NCBI RefSeq assembly: GCF_011386835.1
Contig: NC_088799.1
Coordinates: forward strand, 16,616,001 to 16,680,000
DNA from: Chrysemys picta bellii
Lineage: Eukaryota
DNA: 64,000 nucleotides
Reading direction: 5' to 3'
Shown in pieces: positions 39,358 through 51,118 of the stretch. The notes below the pieces were generated by a model, which searched no databases, was not told the DNA's origin, and saw only the letters and a program-made list of their open reading frames with translations. Each line of letters begins with the position of its first letter. Position 1 is the first letter of the stretch. Both the position numbers and the translations under genes were made by a program.

Positions 39358-39444
39358 CTGTGTGAACTTTTGTTTTGTGCTTTTTTAAATTTTTTATATC
39401 TGTGTAAGAATTTCCACACAGTTCACAGATAAATGGTCTTTCAC
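39358..39444 (-). CDS. MYNN: Myoneurin coding exon 6 (C2H2 finger)
   Basis: GERPFICELCGNSYTDIKNLKKHKTKVHT; tttcag| and G|GTAAGT. Confidence 0.97.
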
Positions 39445-40124
39445 CTGAAAAATGGTTTGACAGTTAGAAATGCAGAACATAATTGCAAAATGACAGAGAA
39501 AAACTATTTCTTAAGCTGTCTATAGGACAAAAGGCAAAATAACTGCGATGAAAATTACTTTAACAGCTTTATGAACTAAACCCTTCTAAAAACAGTATCC
39601 AGAATGAAAACATTCAAAGAAAGACGAGATGAAAATGGTGAATACAGGACTGACTGCTTCATTTGAAGCAGATCATACACCCAACTTGTCTTTGTACAAA
39701 TGTTTATCTGAAAACTAATACTGCAACGTGAATATTTTCTTCCCATGTTACTCCATTTACAATGCTTTACAGAGAGACCGCACTTTATAATCCAAGGAAT
39801 GGATAAAAAAGTATAATCTCTATTTTACAATTGAGGAAACAGAGACTCCAAGAGGTTAAGTGGCACGCTGACTCACACAGAGCAAGTTTAGCATCAGAGT
39901 TCCCGATTCTCTGTTCTACTGAAGTCTTGTTATTTTAGATTTACAACACTTTAGATTTATTTAAAGAAAAACTATCTAATCAATTTTTAAATGAGTTAAC
40001 ACAGATTCACAGTGTGTCATCTTAATTTATGTCTCAACTATAGCACAGTACATCATATTTTAAATGCAAAAGAGCATCCTGAAAAAAATTTACACCACAG
40101 GAAGTGGCCTATCTGGAAACTGAC

Positions 40125-40208
40125 CTGTATGAGACCGAAAGTGTTTATTGAGCTCTCCTGAGGAAATAAAACTTTTGCCACAAATGCCACATATATATGG
40201 TTTCTCTC
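40125..40208 (-). CDS. MYNN: Myoneurin coding exon 5 (C2H2 finger)
   Basis: [28 protein letters not shown]; cttcag| and G|GTCAGT. Confidence 0.97.
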
Positions 40209-40549
40209 CTGAAGGGTACACAAGGTGGTTAGTATTTCAATATACAGACATGTGTATGTAAAATACATATTAAACAGAGTCAATGTACAATGGTGTGAAG
40301 AGCTCCCCAAACCGCAATGAAAATTCAGATTTGCAACACTAAGCAACCCTCAAGGAAAGGCCCAAGGAACGAGCTGACCTGACTCTGGTACTTTCTCCTA
40401 TACAGATGCCATACCCACTAATGCAGACTCCATTACTCCACTCCTCCCCAAATCCAGCTCTTTAGACTCCCATATCACTAATTGCTCCCTTTACCTCTTC
40501 CGCTGCAGCCAACCCTCTCCAAGACGGAGCCCCAATTTATGCCAGCTCA

Positions 40550-40858
<309 letters not shown>

Positions 40859-41483
40859 CTAACAGGAGTAAGATTAGAGTTTAGTTTTCAGATGGAAGTT
40901 TCTCACCCTCAGTCAACAGAAAGAGTCCCACTGACTTCAGTGGCTGTTGGATCAGGCTAAGGGCATTGCACAGGCAATAGGTCAACCCTGAGAAGTAAGC
41001 AAGACTTGTGTCACTCTAGTATGAAAGCTGACTACCAACAACACTGACAGCCACTGCAGAGAGACATGTTGTACTCTTCCCTGTCAGAGAATATAAATGG
41101 ATTCATCCCTTCGCCGAAACAATAATGGCAGAGAAGTTCTCTTCTCTCAGTATGGTTAGAAAGGGAAGAAATTACCAAATGCAATAGGGGCGCTAAGATG
41201 AATGATCCCACATGGACTGCTGTTCCAAATCACTACCTTGGGTGGAAGAAGCATGCCAAGTACATACACTAGTCTGCAATGAAGACCTGGAGCTGAAAGT
41301 AGGGAAGGACTGGGAATGACAAAAACAAATACAACATTTCTTTAGGCCTGATCCTGCAAGTGCGCGCACACACACTGAACTTCCTGCGCAAGTAGTTGTT
41401 TAAGTCAACTATTCACATGCATGAAACTAAGCTTGTGCATAAGTGTTTGCAGGATCAGGGCTTTAGTTAGTACTTTCACTCAC

Positions 41484-41643
41484 CTAGCATGGATCTTCAG
41501 ATTGCTTGAAGTTGCAAACTGCAGATTGCATACATCACATTTATATGGTTTCTCTTCTCCATGATGCATGCGACTGTGGAAAACTAGCTGGCATTTCTGG
41601 GCAAAGCCTTTGTCGCACAATTCACATTTGTATGGCTTCTCCC
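41484..41643 (-). CDS. MYNN: Myoneurin coding exon 3 (two C2H2 fingers)
   Basis: GEKPYKCELCDKGFAQKCQLVFHSRMHHGEEKPYKCDVCNLQFATSSNLKIHAR; cccag| and AG|GTGAGT. Confidence 0.97.
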
Positions 41644-43455
41644 CTGGGAAAGAGAAACTGTTACACTTCCCGTCTTGGTGTCTATGTAAGAAAGCCTTCA
41701 ATTAAGTTAGTCGCCCCAAACTCAGGAGTTGGCCCTAGTAGTTCTTGTTTAGTGATGCCACATAGCATCCAACAATCAAGCAGCTGAGCCTGCACATTAT
41801 GAGAACTGCAGCAGATAATTTTTTAAAAGCATCACCATTTGAAAATTCTCTGGTAATTAACTATTGCTTTAATAAAATCTATTCTTCACAATTAATACTA
41901 GCACTGCACTATCAGTAGGCAGAGAATCATTTTAACTTATGCAAAAGCCTGGCTATTTGAGATGGAGGAGACCTGTTAAGTTATCTGGTCTGTCCAACTA
42001 GTATCTTCTTCAGTTCTTGCTAATATTTCCTTAGTGTCTGCTGCAGCATGACCATTCACTATTTTTGAATTGCTATTAGGGCATTCTCTAATAAATATGT
42101 GCTAAGTACTATTCCTAGGTCTCATGTGACTGTATAGTAGGAGAACATGAGTTTATGTTACTATGGTAGTGCAGAATCTGTTAGTAGGCAGAGGTTTCAG
42201 AGAGCCTTAAATTTAATACATAATGCCATAGATCAAGGCTTGACAAAAAAATAAATTACCGGACACCTGCTCTCCAGAGGACTAAACCTGCCATCCAGTG
42301 GCTGATACAAATGATAAAGTTTCCCAACCATCCATGCAAAGTTTAGGTGCAAGAACCAGGAAAGGGAAATGCACTGCAAAAACACTGTCCTTGAACCCTG
42401 CTCAGGGGCTCCAACTTTCATATTAGACTCTGGCTAGTCAGCGTCTGGTACATTTGAAGCCCTCCCCCTTGACTACTGGAAGGGAAAGGAGTTCTTCTCT
42501 CAGCCCACCCTTACAGCCTTTTATTTCCCCCACTCTACTCCTTCCTGAGATTCCTGGAAATAACTCCATTGCCTGAATCTGCCCAAAGAGGAGCATAATG
42601 AAACTGAAATCATTTTAGGAAGTTTCACTACTCCCCTAGAGTCCTGAATAACAGCAGTTAAAGGCACCCATGTGTAGACAGTTTTACTCTGTCACCTACT
42701 GAGAAGGCTATGAGCAGCAGCAGCAAAGGCACTGGGGCTCTCTGCAGACAGCACAGCATCAATTCATATTTGGAAGGTTATTCTCATAACCATGTGCTAT
42801 AAACTTTATGTAATTAAATGAAAGCTCAAATTCTGTAATAATTTATGGCTTAGCAATGCACTATAAACAAGATCTCACTGTCGAAGTTTCCTACTTGCCA
42901 TTCGGAATTGGATTTTTCAACCCCTGATGTTATCAAACTCATTCTGGTACATCAAGACTTGACAGACAAATAGCTGCACAGATTACTATATTGTGCACAT
43001 CATGGAAATCTGAAAGCCAGTGAACTAATAAATTATAAATGCCATTAATGTCACATAGCAAGAAAGGAGAGTCTGATCTCTTGTATATCAGTCAGACATT
43101 TTCTGCATTGCACTCCACTTATTTACCTTACAAGGATAAAGGACTGAATCAGATCTGTGCTGGGACTTCAGGAAGTCAAGGTATTCCCTACAGGGTGCTT
43201 TGACTGCAGTGTTATCCTTTCTAGCTATACTATTTTTCTAGACACATTCATAGTTTCTATTTTTAGAAATTACAGACTGGTGGAATGCAATTAGCACTGA
43301 CCAGCAGTTACCATCCAAATATACAGAGCGTCAGCATGAAGATTCAAAGCTTCTGAAACAACATATTAGAAGAAAATAGGGCTCCTTTTTAGTTATGCTT
43401 CCCCATGCTATCATTAAAAACAGAAGAAGCCCTTATAAACAAGACCAAAGCTTAC

Positions 43456-44258
43456 CTGTGTGCGTTCTGACATGTGTTTTCAGCTGATTACACTGTGTAA
43501 ATGCTTTCCCACAGAGTTGACATACATAAGGCTTTACTCCTTTGTGTATTCTCATGTGTCGTCGTAGACTACTGGCTTCTGAAAATATTTTCCCACAAGT
43601 GTTGCACACTGGTTTGGCCTTGGAGTATTTCTGATCGAGTTCTTCTCCAGAGCTCTCCAGTTGGTAAGAGTTCTTTTCACTAGCTATATTAGACATACTA
43701 TGTTCTTTCAATGCACAGTTCTGCTGTGGCTTCCCCCGTTTTTGTTTCACTGTAATAGTCTGAACCAAAACATCTTGTGCTGCAAAAGTTTCACTTTCCA
43801 CCACAGACGCCAGCTGTAGCTCTGAGTTATCGCTGCCTTGGGCAGCTTGTTCCGTTATCTGTGTGGCAAGTTTATTTGCATCTAAAAACATATCAACTGA
43901 TGAGTTCTCAATTATGTCATTCTGATATTGCACTGGTTTATTCTTCATGTTTTTCTGAGAGTTAAAAGTCTTTTTTCGCTTTCTGGTCTGAGTAGATTTC
44001 TTTTCTAAACCCACTTTTTTTGCTTGTGGCTGAACTGAGTCTGCAGAAGGGGCATCTGATTTCTCTCGATTATTGTAATCTCGAAGAGTGAGGAGGCAAG
44101 TCTGTTGGTTCAGTTCAATGTTTCCTGTAATACTAGAAATCTCTGTAGAGGAGGGATTAGCAATAAAAGCAAAGTCTTCCATCTTTATTTTACATTTAGT
44201 GACCACCTCCTCCACTTTGAGATAGTCAGCAGCCTGGTGAATTTCTTTAACATTCCAA
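43456..44258 (-). CDS. MYNN: Myoneurin coding exon 2 (end of BTB, linker, first two fingers)
   Basis: [20 protein letters not shown]...[10 protein letters not shown]; ttgcag| at 44260-44259 and G|GTAAGC. Confidence 0.97.
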
Positions 44259-46178
44259 CTGCAAGGAAACAAGGCTAAATGACAATATTCTGGACAAAGA
44301 AAACCTGTGTCTCTAAGAATCAATATAAATAAATACTAAGATTTTTACATGGCTGTTCTCTTATTTAAAAATAGTTTCATGGTTAAAAAAATATAACAAC
44401 TGTCAGGGGAGAATCTAACAAAATCTAACTTTATATCTTTGACATTTTGAGATTAAACAACACTGATATAGGATAGGAGACATACAAGCTGACAAAAATA
44501 ATTCTATAGTGGTTTCATTCAAGGATCTTAAAGCACTTCACAGACAATGAATAAAACCTCAACACCTCTGTGAAGTAGGTATTAGCCCCATTTTACAGAC
44601 AAAATTGTTTTCAAATGGTCATTACCGTGGATCAGTGGCAAAGACAGGAGTAAAACCCAGGGAGTAGAGCTTTAGGCCACTATACTTTTGCTATACCTGA
44701 ACAGAGGTCAACCTATACTGATTTAAAAAAAATGTGTTATACAGTATTCTAACAAATAACTACCTCTGGAGCTCACAATGCTCGAATACAAAATCAGTGG
44801 TAAACAACGTGATTTTAGTATGGTAATAGGTTACCCAAAGGACAGGTTTTAAATAAAGCTATTCTCTGTCAACACAATATAAAAAGCAACTACTTTCGTA
44901 CAATAAAATGACTAAGAATTATACAGATCACCTTAGTCTAAGCTTACATGGGTTCATTAGAAATGCAAAAGGGAAAAATGATGATTAAAAAAAAGAAAAG
45001 CAGTGAAGTTCAGCAGGTCAGCCCAAGTTTTGATATTCTGAATATTCCTTCATGTGAAATAATATGCAATACTAAAGTGAGTAAAACAGAATTTACCACA
45101 AGTGTTCTTTCAACCCCTTTTTTCTTATCTCCTTCCCATTCTCCTTTCTTGTCTTATCTGTCTTTCTTTCCTGCCTTTCTTCTTGTCCATCTATTTTCTC
45201 CTCCTCTTCCTCTCTTCATTAAGGGCAAGACCAGCAGTTACAGAAGCATTCTAAGGATGCTGCAGTGGTTTGTAAAAGCACTTTCTTAAAGAAAAACTGC
45301 AGTAATTGGTTTTAATAGCTTTGAAAGATAAATATTAACTACAGAATATCTTGAACACAACCCCCCAAGTTAGTTCAGCAGTAGGGTGGCACAGTTCAAA
45401 TCACAACAAGCCAGGAAATACAAAACTAAGGTTCCATCTATTGCGTTAACTTGTCTGCACTGCTGATGGAACATTAAATTTTATTATACGTAAGGTACAT
45501 GATTTTACCACAAAAAGATACACAAAGAATAGAAAATACCGTGGAAACTATTAAAAACTAGACATTTATCATGGTACATGAGATATAGCCTGGTCTAATA
45601 GGGACTACCAAAAATACAATGGTATAAAAAGTAAAAACAGTGGTGCTGTAAAAAAATCCATTTTTTTAATAACGCCCACTGTACTAAATATGTGCAGTGT
45701 GGCAGAACTAATGATGCTCTTACATTGCCTGACTTTTTGTCATTTTATTTGTGCAACCAAGATGCTGTATTAACAGTTTTACATTCAATTTCTGCCAGAG
45801 TGGATCCAATTGCAGGATCAGAGCCTAAATAACTAAAAACTGCTTTTTTTGGTACTCAGAGGTAGTGATTAGAATACCTTGTATTATACAAGTTTTCCTC
45901 TCAAGCACTGATTGCAGAGTGAAATTGTCTATGGCTCCAATCCTTTAACTACTTCTGCATGGAAGCAATTGTTTTCTTTCCCCACATGAACAACAGGAAA
46001 AACTGACTACACACAAAGTGATGTAAAGTGCACAAAGTTAATAACTAAAATGTGGAGAAATATTTGTTCTCTAATCACTTTCGGGTACAGTAATAAGAGG
46101 CGTTACTTGTAACAGTAAGAGGTAAAACAAATTCATACAGAAGTGCAGTTTTTGAATTGATGGTGTCCCTAAACTATC

Positions 46179-47003
46179 TATCACAGGGTGAATGTCCCCT
46201 TTAAGAGGAAATGGATCCAGTTCACCTGTGACTAGTTAGCTGCCTCCCAACAGGGCCTGACAGAAGGCACCTTGCTTCTATAAAGACCATGGCAGCAGTT
46301 GAGAAAAGGGAGCATGTCAGAGTTACTTGGAGAGTGCTCCATAAAACAGTGATAGTTGGGAGCTTCTTGTGAAGAGAAAGATATGTAGGAAACTGTTGGG
46401 AGAGTGAAGTAGATGGGAGTTGTTGGAAAGAACTGGCCAGATGAGGAAACCCTGAGAAATAGAAGACTCATATAGAAGCCTCAAGGTAAAGGGGAAGAAC
46501 TAGCTCAGAGTAAGCCAAGCCCATGAACTAGAGAACTGATTCTAGAGGGGGGGTTCCCATAAGAAGGGGTAGGACTTGCAAGCAGAGGAGCCTGGGGAAT
46601 GAAACATTGTGGAGAGTGTGTGGCAGAGATGTGGCAGCCTAGGCACAGGAATTGGAGAAGAGGGACTATTTACTCTTGGGTGGTCAGCCAGGAGTGTAGA
46701 CCTGGAGGACTGCTGCATTTCAACCTGCCTTATTTTGGGGTTTTTGAGAACTGTATTACTCAGAGGGACTTGCTGAAGGTTGAAATTCTATTAAGTTATA
46801 CCTAGAAGAAGAGCTTCACTTAGACATAGAAGGACAACAGTCCTTTCCTGGGTGGGGAAAGGTGACCTTCAGGGTGATCCATGGAGGAAAAGATGGGCAA
46901 CTCACTAGCCCAGGAGATTGTAGGAGAAATTGAGGGAGGACTAGCCCTGACCCATCATGGCTGATTACAGGAGGGTGCTCTTGTGGTGCTGAGTTCTGTT
47001 ACA
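46179..47003. mobile_element. Probable solo LTR in a MYNN intron
   Basis: Start (acagggtgaatgtcccctttaag) resembles the 6305 element; ends tgttaca; internal tataaa. No clear TSD. Confidence 0.45.
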
Positions 47004-47768
47004 TCTTCTCTCAAATATTGGTATTTGCCTTTCCTGCATATGCAGCTAGGTCTGTCTATGTATATGATGAAAAATGGGCTCCTGTATAACCAACATTACT
47101 GTGGGGGTTATCCTTCTCCTCCCAGAAATTAAGTAGGATGGATTTTTTTAATCTCAATCCAGAGAGCCAGAGTCACAAATATGAAAACTCCTACCAGCAA
47201 GTCATTTGACCAAATATAGTTTGGAGAAGATTTATATAGATGCCATGGAAAGTTGATTCTAGTTACTACCCTGACAAGGTAGTTAGATGTGAATTTATCT
47301 GAAAACCATCTAAATGACTTCTGGATGGCTTACACAAACTAAGTTTTTAATTTTTTTATATTTATAATAGAGAGAGATCAGGGTCACCAAGGTGAGTCTG
47401 GCATGCACATAAAGGCTTTGGTGTAGAAATTGAGTAGATGAATGGGAGAGGGGGCAGAGAGAACTACAGCAACTCAATCTGAAAAATGATTAGGTGACAG
47501 CAATTGTAAGGGTTAATAATGAGTTTAGATACCTTAGCAAGAGAGAAAATAGGAAATCAATTTCAGTTTTAACAAGCATGCAGTATCACATACTTTGAAT
47601 AGAAAATAATAAAGGAACCCTAGTTGGTTTATATGCATGGCAGTATTTTAAAAGCCATGTAGACAGCTTTATTCTTTAGTATGTATTGTATCTGAAATTA
47701 AATGTGTTCTGCCATAAATTGACAAAGAAAGAGATCCTGTACTGATTTAACTTTAAAAAAAAAGTTAC

Positions 47769-48034
47769 CTGTCAAGGTTTAAGTTTCCTGTGTATATAAA
47801 CTCCAGGAGTTTCTGAAATCCATCAGCCTTCACTTGAGTCTGATCCAAAATCACATTACTGTCAGAGGCATCCCTGTAAAATGCACCAAAGTACTCGCTG
47901 AAGGAGGCAAGCACATTTCTGTGAGCTTTGAACTGGAATTCACCAATAACTACCGTGCAGTCACAAAGGAAGCCTGTCTCTCGCTGCTTGTTCAGCCTCT
48001 CTAGAAGGTGCTCACAGTGATGGGAATACTGCAT
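47769..48034 (-). CDS. MYNN: Myoneurin coding exon 1 (BTB/POZ domain); exon extends to an acceptor at 48061
   Basis: MQYSHHCEHLLERLNKQRETGFLCDC...; donor AG|GTAACT. The seven exons total 1848 nt, giving 615 aa in one frame. Confidence 0.97.
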
Positions 48035-48469
48035 TTTGGTAGAGGGATGGAGCGTCTTGGCCTAAAGAAGCAAAGGAACTTGTTTACAACTGTAATTTCA
48101 TGTCTTTCAAACATAGTAAGTTAAGTGGGACAGTGTCCAATACTGTTACCATGATCATTGCAATGCACCTCACTTTAATATTGTCCTTTGTACAAAATAT
48201 AAAAAACAGAAACATAGCATTGGATCCCTCTCAATTGTGGGCCAGTTAGTCTTAATGCATACAGAGACAAGGTGTGGGAGCGAAAATGACACATTAGTGT
48301 GTGTATATATACAAATGTTCCCCTGCCCCTGAAATCTGAACACTAGGTGAATTATTCATTGGTCCAAGTCTATCAGCCTGATGCTTCTACAGAAATGGTC
48401 CTGTAACATATAAGAAGAATGTTAAAGTTTCTAATTGGTGGAGCATCTCCCTACAGAAACAGACTCCCC

Positions 48470-48470
<1 letters not shown>

Positions 48471-48501
<31 letters not shown>
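48471..48501. repeat. Poly-C run (31 nt)
   Basis: Direct reading; exact length may be a sequencing artefact. Confidence 0.9.
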
Positions 48502-48502
<1 letters not shown>

Positions 48503-49099
48503 ACAGATCATGGGAATGGTTACTATGATCTACTGAGTTCTAGTGCCAGATCTGCAAGTATGTGGCTCTTGGCAAGACTCAACCTCTCTGCATAACTTTC
48601 TCCGGGTATACAAGGGGGATAATGTTTACTTACAGCTATGTCACGGGAGTGCTGTGAAGATCAAGGATCCTATCAACTTTTTAAAAGTTTACCTGGCTAT
48701 ATGCAAGTGCCCTGGCTAGGCCCTCTTTTTACTTTGCTACAGTCGGTAGCAACTGTCAGTGCGGGTCATTAACACAGCAACAAGAGAGAGAGGAAAATAT
48801 CTGTATAAAGCCAGCACAAGTGCCAGGAGTCTGCATCTCGCTCTTTTAATTACTCCTTGCAAGCAGCCTCAATCTCAAGCAGACCGTGCCCCCTCCCCTG
48901 GGGGGCTGGGCAGCACTTTGCCCTGGGCTGCACTAGGCAGGCCTGCCCCGACCCAGCGGTGGGGAAGGAGAGTAAAGTGCCCAGCGTACACGAGGCTTCG
49001 CCAAGTAGCAAGGGCCCAGGGCGGCCGCTGTTTGCTTCTATGGCAGTAGGGAGGGGTAAGGGGGCACCTGCCCCGTGCCACCCTCGCTCCTAGACGACT

Positions 49100-49950
49100 C
49101 CATTCTACCCCCGCTCCTCAGTTAGCTGCCTGGGGCGGTTCCTTTGCCCAATGCCTGGACCCCTACAGTTACTTGGTTCGGTTCGGTCCCCGCCCCCCCT
49201 TCTCTCCCACCACCTCAGCCCCCACCCTACTCCCAGCCGACTGGCTCGGCCCAGTCGGTCACCTCCAGGGAGTGGCTGACGCGGCTCTGTCTACACCCAC
49301 ATATACCCCGGGGTGGCTGGTTCCGTCCCATCTGCCGCTGCCACCACCCCTCCGGAGCCGGGCGATTTAGTCCCGTCCGCTCCCACAGCCCCCCAAGATG
49401 GGTCGATTCGGTCCCGCCTGCCCATCCCCCCAAGCGGCGGAGACAGCTGGAGTGGGGGAGTACTGTACACACACCTGAGGAAGGCGAGACCGAGTCCGTT
49501 CACCTCAGGCCGCCATTTTATGATGACAGCACACGCACCGCTTGTCCGCTTCCGGAATATCACTTCCGGTCTCGGCCTTGGAGGTCTCTGCCTCCATCCA
49601 CATTGGAGCCAACCAGGCTCCACGTTACGTAGCTAATAGGACCTGCCTCCCACAGTGGCACGGCGTCATCCTCCGGTCTCGGTCTTGTGGGGCTGCGGAG
49701 GGTGGAATAGAGGTGGTGGGCAGGGCGTGGACAACAATTCCCATCGTGCACCGCAGCACCGCAAGTGGGAGCCCCGATTCAGCGTGGAGCAGTGCATCGT
49801 GGGAGATGTAGTTCCGGCAAGGCTGCCCCTCTACTCAGTGGGGGTGACGGGTCATGTGGCTACCAGAAATGGGCCTCCAACGCCGAGATCTGGCAGCTCG
49901 TGTTACAAAGTCTGGGTAGCTCCTTCCCATGAGTCCCACGTGTGATTTAC
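49100..49950 (-). promoter_or_regulatory. MYNN: MYNN CpG-island promoter and non-coding first exon region
   Basis: CpG-rich. YY1 motif GCCGCCATTTT 49509-49519; ETS motifs CTTCCGG 49549-49555 and ACTTCCGGT 49562-49570; CCAAT (attgg) 49602; GC boxes; candidate minus-strand donors near 49475 and 49503. Confidence 0.8.
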
Positions 49951-50006
49951 AGAGGAGCAGGGGCACAAGCTGCGGATGACCTTGACTAAGTGGGATAGTT
50001 TACCAG

Positions 50007-50184
50007 GAGTCTGGTGGCACCTTAAAGACTAACAGATTTATTTGGGCATAAGCTTTCGTGAGTAAAAACCTCACTTTTTACTCACGAAAGCTTATGCCCA
50101 AATAAATCTGTTAGTCTTTAAGGTGCCACCAGACTCCTTGTTGTTTTTGTAGATACAGACTAACACGGCTACCCCCTGATACTT
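50007..50184. mobile_element. PLE terminal-repeat insert A (perfect 64-bp inverted repeat 50005-50068 / 50075-50138)
   Basis: 13-bp TSD GATAGTTTACCAG (49994-50006, 50185-50197). Confidence 0.88.
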
Positions 50185-50263
50185 GATAGTTTACCAGTTA
50201 CACAATAAGAAGAACAGGAGTACTTGTGGCACCTTAGAGACTAACAAATTTATTAGAGCATAA

Positions 50264-51033
50264 TAGGGTTACCATACGTCCGGATTTTCCCGGACATGTC
50301 CGGCTTTTGGGGGCTCAAATCCCCGTCCGGGGGGAAATCCCCAAAAGCCGGGCATGTCCGGGAAAATCGGGAGGCTCGGCCGGGGCCTCTTTGTGCGGGG
50401 CCGGGGTCGCGGGGCTGGGGGCATGGTGCCGGGCCGGGAGCCGGGCCGGGCGCGCGGTGCCGGGCCGGGGGCCAGGCCGGGCCAGGGTCGCAGTGCCGGT
50501 CCGGTCCCGCGGGGCTGGGAAGCCGGGCCGGTCCCGCGGGGCTGGGAAGCCGGGCCGGGCTCGGGGAGCCGGGCCGGGCTCGGGGAGCCGGGCTTGGGGA
50601 GCCGGGCCGGGCCCGCGGGGCTGGGAGCCGGGCCGGGAGCCGGGCTGGGAGCCGGGCCGGGCCCGCGGGGCTGGGAGCCGGGCCGGGGTCGGGGAGCCGG
50701 GCCGGGAGCCGGGCCGGGGTCGGGGAGCCGGGCTCGGGGAGCCGGGCCGGGCCGGGCCCGCGGGGCTGGGAGCTGGGCTGGGAGCCGGGCCGGGCCCGCG
50801 GGGCTGGGAGCCGGGCCGGGCCCGCGGGGCTGGGAGCCGGGAGCCGGGGGTGGTCGGCCGGGGCCGCGCCTCCTCCCCCCCACCCCCACCCCCTTACCTG
50901 CTTCAGGCTTCCCGCGAATTAAATGTTCGCGGGAAGCAGGGGAGGGGGCGGAGACTTTGGGAGGGGGCTGGGGGGCGGGGGTGGGGCCCCCGGGAGTGTC
51001 CTCCATTAGGAGGCACAAAATATGGTAACCCTA
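50264..51033. mobile_element. Young hAT MITE with GC-rich VNTR interior
   Basis: TIRs tagggttaccata / tatggtaacccta; perfect 8-bp TSD GAGCATAA (50256-50263, 51034-51041). Confidence 0.92.
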
Positions 51034-51034
51034 G

Positions 51035-51075
51035 AGCATAAGCTTTCGTGGACTACAGCCCACTTCTTCGGATGC
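51035..51075 (-). ncRNA. Minimal hammerhead ribozyme motif (U4C variant)
   Basis: GCAUCCGAAGAAGUGGGCUGUAGUCCACGAAAGCUUAUGCU on the minus strand. Confidence 0.72.
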
Positions 51076-51077
51076 AT

Positions 51078-51118
51078 GCATCCGGAGAAGTGGGCTGTAG
51101 TCCACGAAAGCTTATGCT
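51078..51118 (+). ncRNA. Second hammerhead motif, inverted copy, carrying an A6G core change (probably impaired)
   Basis: GCAUCCGGAGAAGUGGGCUGUAGUCCACGAAAGCUUAUGC on the plus strand. Confidence 0.55.

Noticed and set aside
44259-44323. N-terminal MILRDTGF... of the 296-aa ORF, and similar leaders and tails on the other exon ORFs
   Set aside because: Intronic read-through beyond clear splice sites; the spliced model explains the homologous part.
50269-51041. Four overlapping 208-249 aa Pro/Gly/Ala-rich ORFs (similar ones at 18209-18922 and 88-685)
   Set aside because: Stop-free frames caused by GC-rich VNTR interiors of TIR/TSD-bounded MITEs.
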